From contig DATDRC010000066.1 in NCBI GenBank assembly GCA_035291985.1, positions 1 through 28,273 of the forward strand: 28,273 bases of DNA, read 5' to 3'. Source of the DNA: Patescibacteria group bacterium (GTDB lineage Bacteria; Patescibacteriota; Microgenomatia; UBA1400; MFAQ01). The notes beneath the pieces were generated by a model. That model was not told the origin of the DNA. It searched no databases and worked only from the letters and a program-made list of their open reading frames with translations. This document shows positions 25,192-28,273 of this stretch, piece by piece. Numbering within the stretch: the first letter of the stretch is position 1; each line of letters starts with the position of its first letter. A program made the position numbers and the translations under genes.

Positions 25192-26466
25192 ATGGCGGAC
25201 GAAAAAGCAAACCAGCTGGAAGAAAATCTTGACCCACGCGACCATCGGGTTTTGGGGCGGGAATTGGATCTGTTTACTTTTTCGGATACGGTTGGCAAGG
25301 GTTTGCCGCTGTGGACCTCTCGGGGGACGACTTTCCGACGGGAACTGGAGAGATTTATTGTCGATACCGAACTGGCCTGGGGCTACCAGCACGTGATGAC
25401 GCCCGATATTGCCAAGATAGATTTGTATAAGAAGTCGGGCCACTATCCCTATTACAAAGAAACAATGTACGCGCCGATCCAGGTCGAAGAGGAAGAGTTT
25501 ATGCTCCGGCCGATGACCTGCCCGCACCACTTTGAATTGTTTTTGTCCCGCCCCAGAAGCTATCGCGAGCTGCCGATGCGAATTGCGGAGTTGGCCAAAC
25601 TCTATCGCTACGAATTATCCGGGGTTTTGTCGGGGTTAACTAGGGTTAGGTCGTTCTGCTTGGCCGATGCCCACATCATTTGCGCCGACGAGGAGCAAAT
25701 GAAGACTGAAATTAAACTGGCTCTCGACCTAATCGAGTATGTGGCCGGTGTTTTCGGATTGAAAATGGGCGAGAACTACCGTTATCGCCTGTCTTTGGGT
25801 GATCGAGCGAAGACAAAGAAATATTACGACGATCCGGCGGCGTGGGATAAGGCCGAGGAGGGACTGCGCCAGGTATTAAGGGAGCGGCAGTGCGACTTTT
25901 TTGAGGCGGCGGACGAGGCGGCATTTTATGGACCGAAGATTGATATCCAAATGAAGAAAATCAATGGCCAGGAGGACACCGCTTTTACGGTTCAGTATGA
26001 CTTTGTTATGCCGAAGCGGTTTGATTTGAAATTTATCGATAAAGACGGAAGCGAAAAACTAGCGCTGGTGGTGCACCGGTCGAGTATCGGGGCGATAGAA
26101 AGAAGCGCCGCCTTTTTGTTAGAGCATTTCAATGGCAATTTACCGGTGTGGCTGTCGCCTGTCCAGGTAGCGGTCTTGCCGGTTAGCGAAAAGACGGCTG
26201 ACTATGCCAGGGAAGTTGGAACGGCGATGAAAGAAGCCGGAATTCGCTACGAGACGGCGGAGGAGGCGGAGAGCTTGGGCAAAAAGATTAGAAACGCCGA
26301 AGCGATGAAAATTCCTTATATGCTTATTGTTGGCGAGAAAGAAGCCGAAAGCGGTCAGGTCTCTGTCCGCGCCCATGGACAGAAAGATGGGGGGACAATG
26401 GAGCTTCCGGCTTTTGTCGAAAGGATCAAAAAAGAGATTGAAACGAAGGCGTTGCCTGGAATTTAA
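25192..26466 (+). CDS. thrS: Threonine--tRNA ligase, short form lacking the N-terminal editing domain
   Basis: DHRVLGRELDLF, RPMTCPHH, SYRELP, YRYELSG, EAAFYGPKID, VHRSSIGAIER, SPVQV; anticodon domain; only about 15 aa precede the catalytic core. Confidence 0.97.
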   Translation: MADEKANQLEENLDPRDHRVLGRELDLFTFSDTVGKGLPLWTSRGTTFRRELERFIVDTELAWGYQHVMTPDIAKIDLYKKSGHYPYYKETMYAPIQVEEEEFMLRPMTCPHHFELFLSRPRSYRELPMRIAELAKLYRYELSGVLSGLTRVRSFCLADAHIICADEEQMKTEIKLALDLIEYVAGVFGLKMGENYRYRLSLGDRAKTKKYYDDPAAWDKAEEGLRQVLRERQCDFFEAADEAAFYGPKIDIQMKKINGQEDTAFTVQYDFVMPKRFDLKFIDKDGSEKLALVVHRSSIGAIERSAAFLLEHFNGNLPVWLSPVQVAVLPVSEKTADYAREVGTAMKEAGIRYETAEEAESLGKKIRNAEAMKIPYMLIVGEKEAESGQVSVRAHGQKDGGTMELPAFVERIKKEIETKALPGI

Positions 26467-26768
26467 TAGTCAATAATGTCGAGGTCGTAAGGATTTGTGA
26501 AAATTGTCCAAACTTGGTTGGAGTCAAGATGGACGAGGGTGTCGATGGTGTCGAAAAGTGAATGGAGTTGTTCTCTTGGCACTATAAATTTGGAAATTGG
26601 AGCCTGCATAAGTTGTCCCGTGTGGCAGTAAAATTCCAATAGATTCTTGCCGGTGACATTTCCAATATCTCCCCTCCTGACTTTGATGGTGGTTCGGTAG
26701 AGTGTAGTAGTCCAAGGGTCAAAGCGTGGTTTGTCCATAATGGATAAACAATTCTCCTTGTTGTGCAT
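26463..26768 (-). CDS. Hypothetical protein
   Basis: 101-aa ORF filling the thrS-lysS gap; start 26768 or 26738; its stop overlaps the thrS stop in TTAA. Confidence 0.55.
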   Translation of the reverse strand: MHNKENCLSIMDKPRFDPWTTTLYRTTIKVRRGDIGNVTGKNLLEFYCHTGQLMQAPISKFIVPREQLHSLFDTIDTLVHLDSNQVWTIFTNPYDLDIIDY

Positions 26769-26834
26769 GACTTATAGTACTACTCGAGCCTGATGATGGC
26801 AAGAGAGGAGGAGAACAGGGTAAAATGTGTTGAT

Positions 26835-28273
26835 ATGGCTAGCCGAATTGATGAAATCCTAGCGGAGAGGCGGCGGAAGATTGAAGAACTAACTCGCTTA
26901 GGTATTGATTTGTACCCGGCCAGGAGCCAGAAAGACGCGGCTAATGGCGAAGTGGTGGCTAATTTTCCTAAATATGAGGGCAAGAGCCTTAATCTAACGG
27001 GTAGAATTGTCAGTTGGCGGGAGCATGGCAAGCTTACCTTTGGTCATCTCTATGACCAGTCGGGGAAAATTCAGTTGTTTATCCGGGCTGAGGCGATTGA
27101 GCCGACGAGTAGAGAAAAGCAGGTCTTGGGTTTTGGTGATCTGAAACTTTTGGATGTGGGTGACTTTATTCAAGTTTTCGGGGAAATCGTTAAGACCAAA
27201 ACGGGTGAAGTGTCGGTCTTGGCGGCGACAATAAAATTGCTGACTAAATCGCTAAGACCTTTGCCGGAAAAATGGGCGGGGATCAGGGACCCGGAGACGG
27301 CGTTTCGGAAGCGCTATCTCGATCTACTGATGAGCCCGGAGAAAAAGGAAAGATTTGAACGAAAAGCGAGGTTTTGGGAGGCGAACCGGAAATTCATGAA
27401 AGATCATGGTTTTATCGAGGTAGAGACGCCGGTTTTGGAGACAACTGTCGGGGGCGCCGATGCGCGACCTTTTGTAACTCACATGAACGCCTTGGATCAG
27501 GATTTTTACCTGCGAATTTCAACCGAGCTGTATGAGAAAAGACTATTGGCTGGAGGTTTCGAAAAAATATATACCCTGGGGCCGAACTTTAGGAATGAGG
27601 GTATGGATGATGAACACCTGCCGGAATACTACCAACTGGAGTGGTACTGGGCCTATGCCGACTATCACGACGGCATGAAGTTCGTCAAAGAGATGTATCG
27701 GTACGTGGCCCGTGAGGTTTATGGGCGGACGAAGTTTACCAGCCGGGGGATGACTTATGATTTGGCGGATGAATGGGAAGAAATCGACTACGCCAAGGTG
27801 ATTAAAGAAAAACTGGGGGTTGATATTTTCAGCTCGACCGATGGGGCGATGATGAAAGTGGTGAAGGCGAAGGGGCTAAAGTTGGGAGGGGATATTAATC
27901 GGGCCAGATTGATTGATAATCTATGGAAGTTGGTAAGGAAGGATATTGCCGGACCGGCTTTTCTCACCAATGAACCGAAGTTTATGTCGCCGTTGGCGAA
28001 GAGCAAACCGGAGAACCCGGAAGTGACGGAGAGATTCCATGTCATTATCGCCGGGTCGGAAATTGGGAATGGCTATTCGGAGTTGAATAACCCGGTGGAT
28101 CAGAGAGCGCGGTTAACGGAGCAGCAAAAAGCCCGGGAAGAAGGTGATGAGGAAGCGCAGATGATGGATCCCGATTTTGTCGAGATGCTGGAGTACGGTA
28201 TGCCGCCGACCTGTGGTTGGGGCCACTCCGAAAGATTATTCTGGTTCCTGGAGGACGTTTCCGGGCGCGAGGG
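26835..28273 (+). CDS. lysS: Lysine--tRNA ligase class II (3'-partial)
   Basis: Translated by hand because it is missing from the ORF track: MASRIDEI, LTGRIVSWREHGK, RKRYLDL, IEVETP, GGADARPF, FRNEG, EIGNGYSELN, LEYGMPP; TAAAAT 8 nt before ATG 26835. Confidence 0.96.
   Translation, partial: MASRIDEILAERRRKIEELTRLGIDLYPARSQKDAANGEVVANFPKYEGKSLNLTGRIVSWREHGKLTFGHLYDQSGKIQLFIRAEAIEPTSREKQVLGFGDLKLLDVGDFIQVFGEIVKTKTGEVSVLAATIKLLTKSLRPLPEKWAGIRDPETAFRKRYLDLLMSPEKKERFERKARFWEANRKFMKDHGFIEVETPVLETTVGGADARPFVTHMNALDQDFYLRISTELYEKRLLAGGFEKIYTLGPNFRNEGMDDEHLPEYYQLEWYWAYADYHDGMKFVKEMYRYVAREVYGRTKFTSRGMTYDLADEWEEIDYAKVIKEKLGVDIFSSTDGAMMKVVKAKGLKLGGDINRARLIDNLWKLVRKDIAGPAFLTNEPKFMSPLAKSKPENPEVTERFHVIIAGSEIGNGYSELNNPVDQRARLTEQQKAREEGDEEAQMMDPDFVEMLEYGMPPTCGWGHSERLFWFLEDVSGRE

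Noticed and set aside
23908-26834. T-box or attenuator leaders upstream of tyrS, thrS and lysS
   Set aside because: The spacers are too short or contain no GGTGGNACC motif or terminator.
345-28045. Numerous 60-200 aa alternative-frame or antisense ORFs in the track (e.g. 14848-15447, 3811-4242, 4620-5120, 21772-22203, 25072-25530, 27788-28045)
   Set aside because: All lie within well-supported genes, have no recognisable motifs, and are typical shadow ORFs of GC-rich coding DNA.
1-28273. Stop-codon reassignment, tRNA/rRNA genes, transposases or prophage genes
   Set aside because: TGA, TAA and TAG all end genes at expected family lengths. No cloverleaf, rRNA or mobile-element motifs were recognised by eye; tRNAscan or Infernal would be the definitive check.

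Overview
Bacterial window using standard code 11 (TGA is a stop). The gene set, short intergenic spacers, editing-less ThrRS and archaeal-type ATP-dependent ligase suggest Patescibacteria/CPR, probably Microgenomates; this is inference. Left part: Fic-wHTH (5'-partial), ATP-dependent DNA ligase, DedA, type IIA P-type ATPase, Na/Ca antiporter, GT2, pth, MFS, queA/tgt, S66 LD-carboxypeptidase, a Ddl-like ATP-grasp enzyme and a redox block (MsrQ-like/cytochrome b5 fusion, CsoR-family repressor with its operator, trxA, and trxB carrying an in-frame palindromic insert). Right part: an aminoacyl-tRNA synthetase cluster (argS, tyrS, thrS, 3'-partial lysS) interrupted by an apparent arginine-sensing module. 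That module is the best candidate for an undescribed system. (i) A T-box riboswitch with an ultrashort Stem I, a probable CGC (Arg) specifier and an intrinsic terminator precedes a PGM1-like ATP-grasp ligase, an ArgE/DapE-type M20 hydrolase and a SCO1664-like kinase. (ii) An unannotated 18-aa leader peptide, MQVRRRRTISNDLTEYPL, has its stop codon inside a terminator loop directly upstream of an arginine deiminase-like gene. The two sensors are predicted to have opposite logic: on at low Arg versus on at high Arg. Many genes have a -10 hexamer 6-9 nt upstream of the start codon, suggesting widespread leaderless mRNAs. No rRNA, tRNA, CRISPR array or transposase was recognised. All family assignments come from motif recognition, not database searches.
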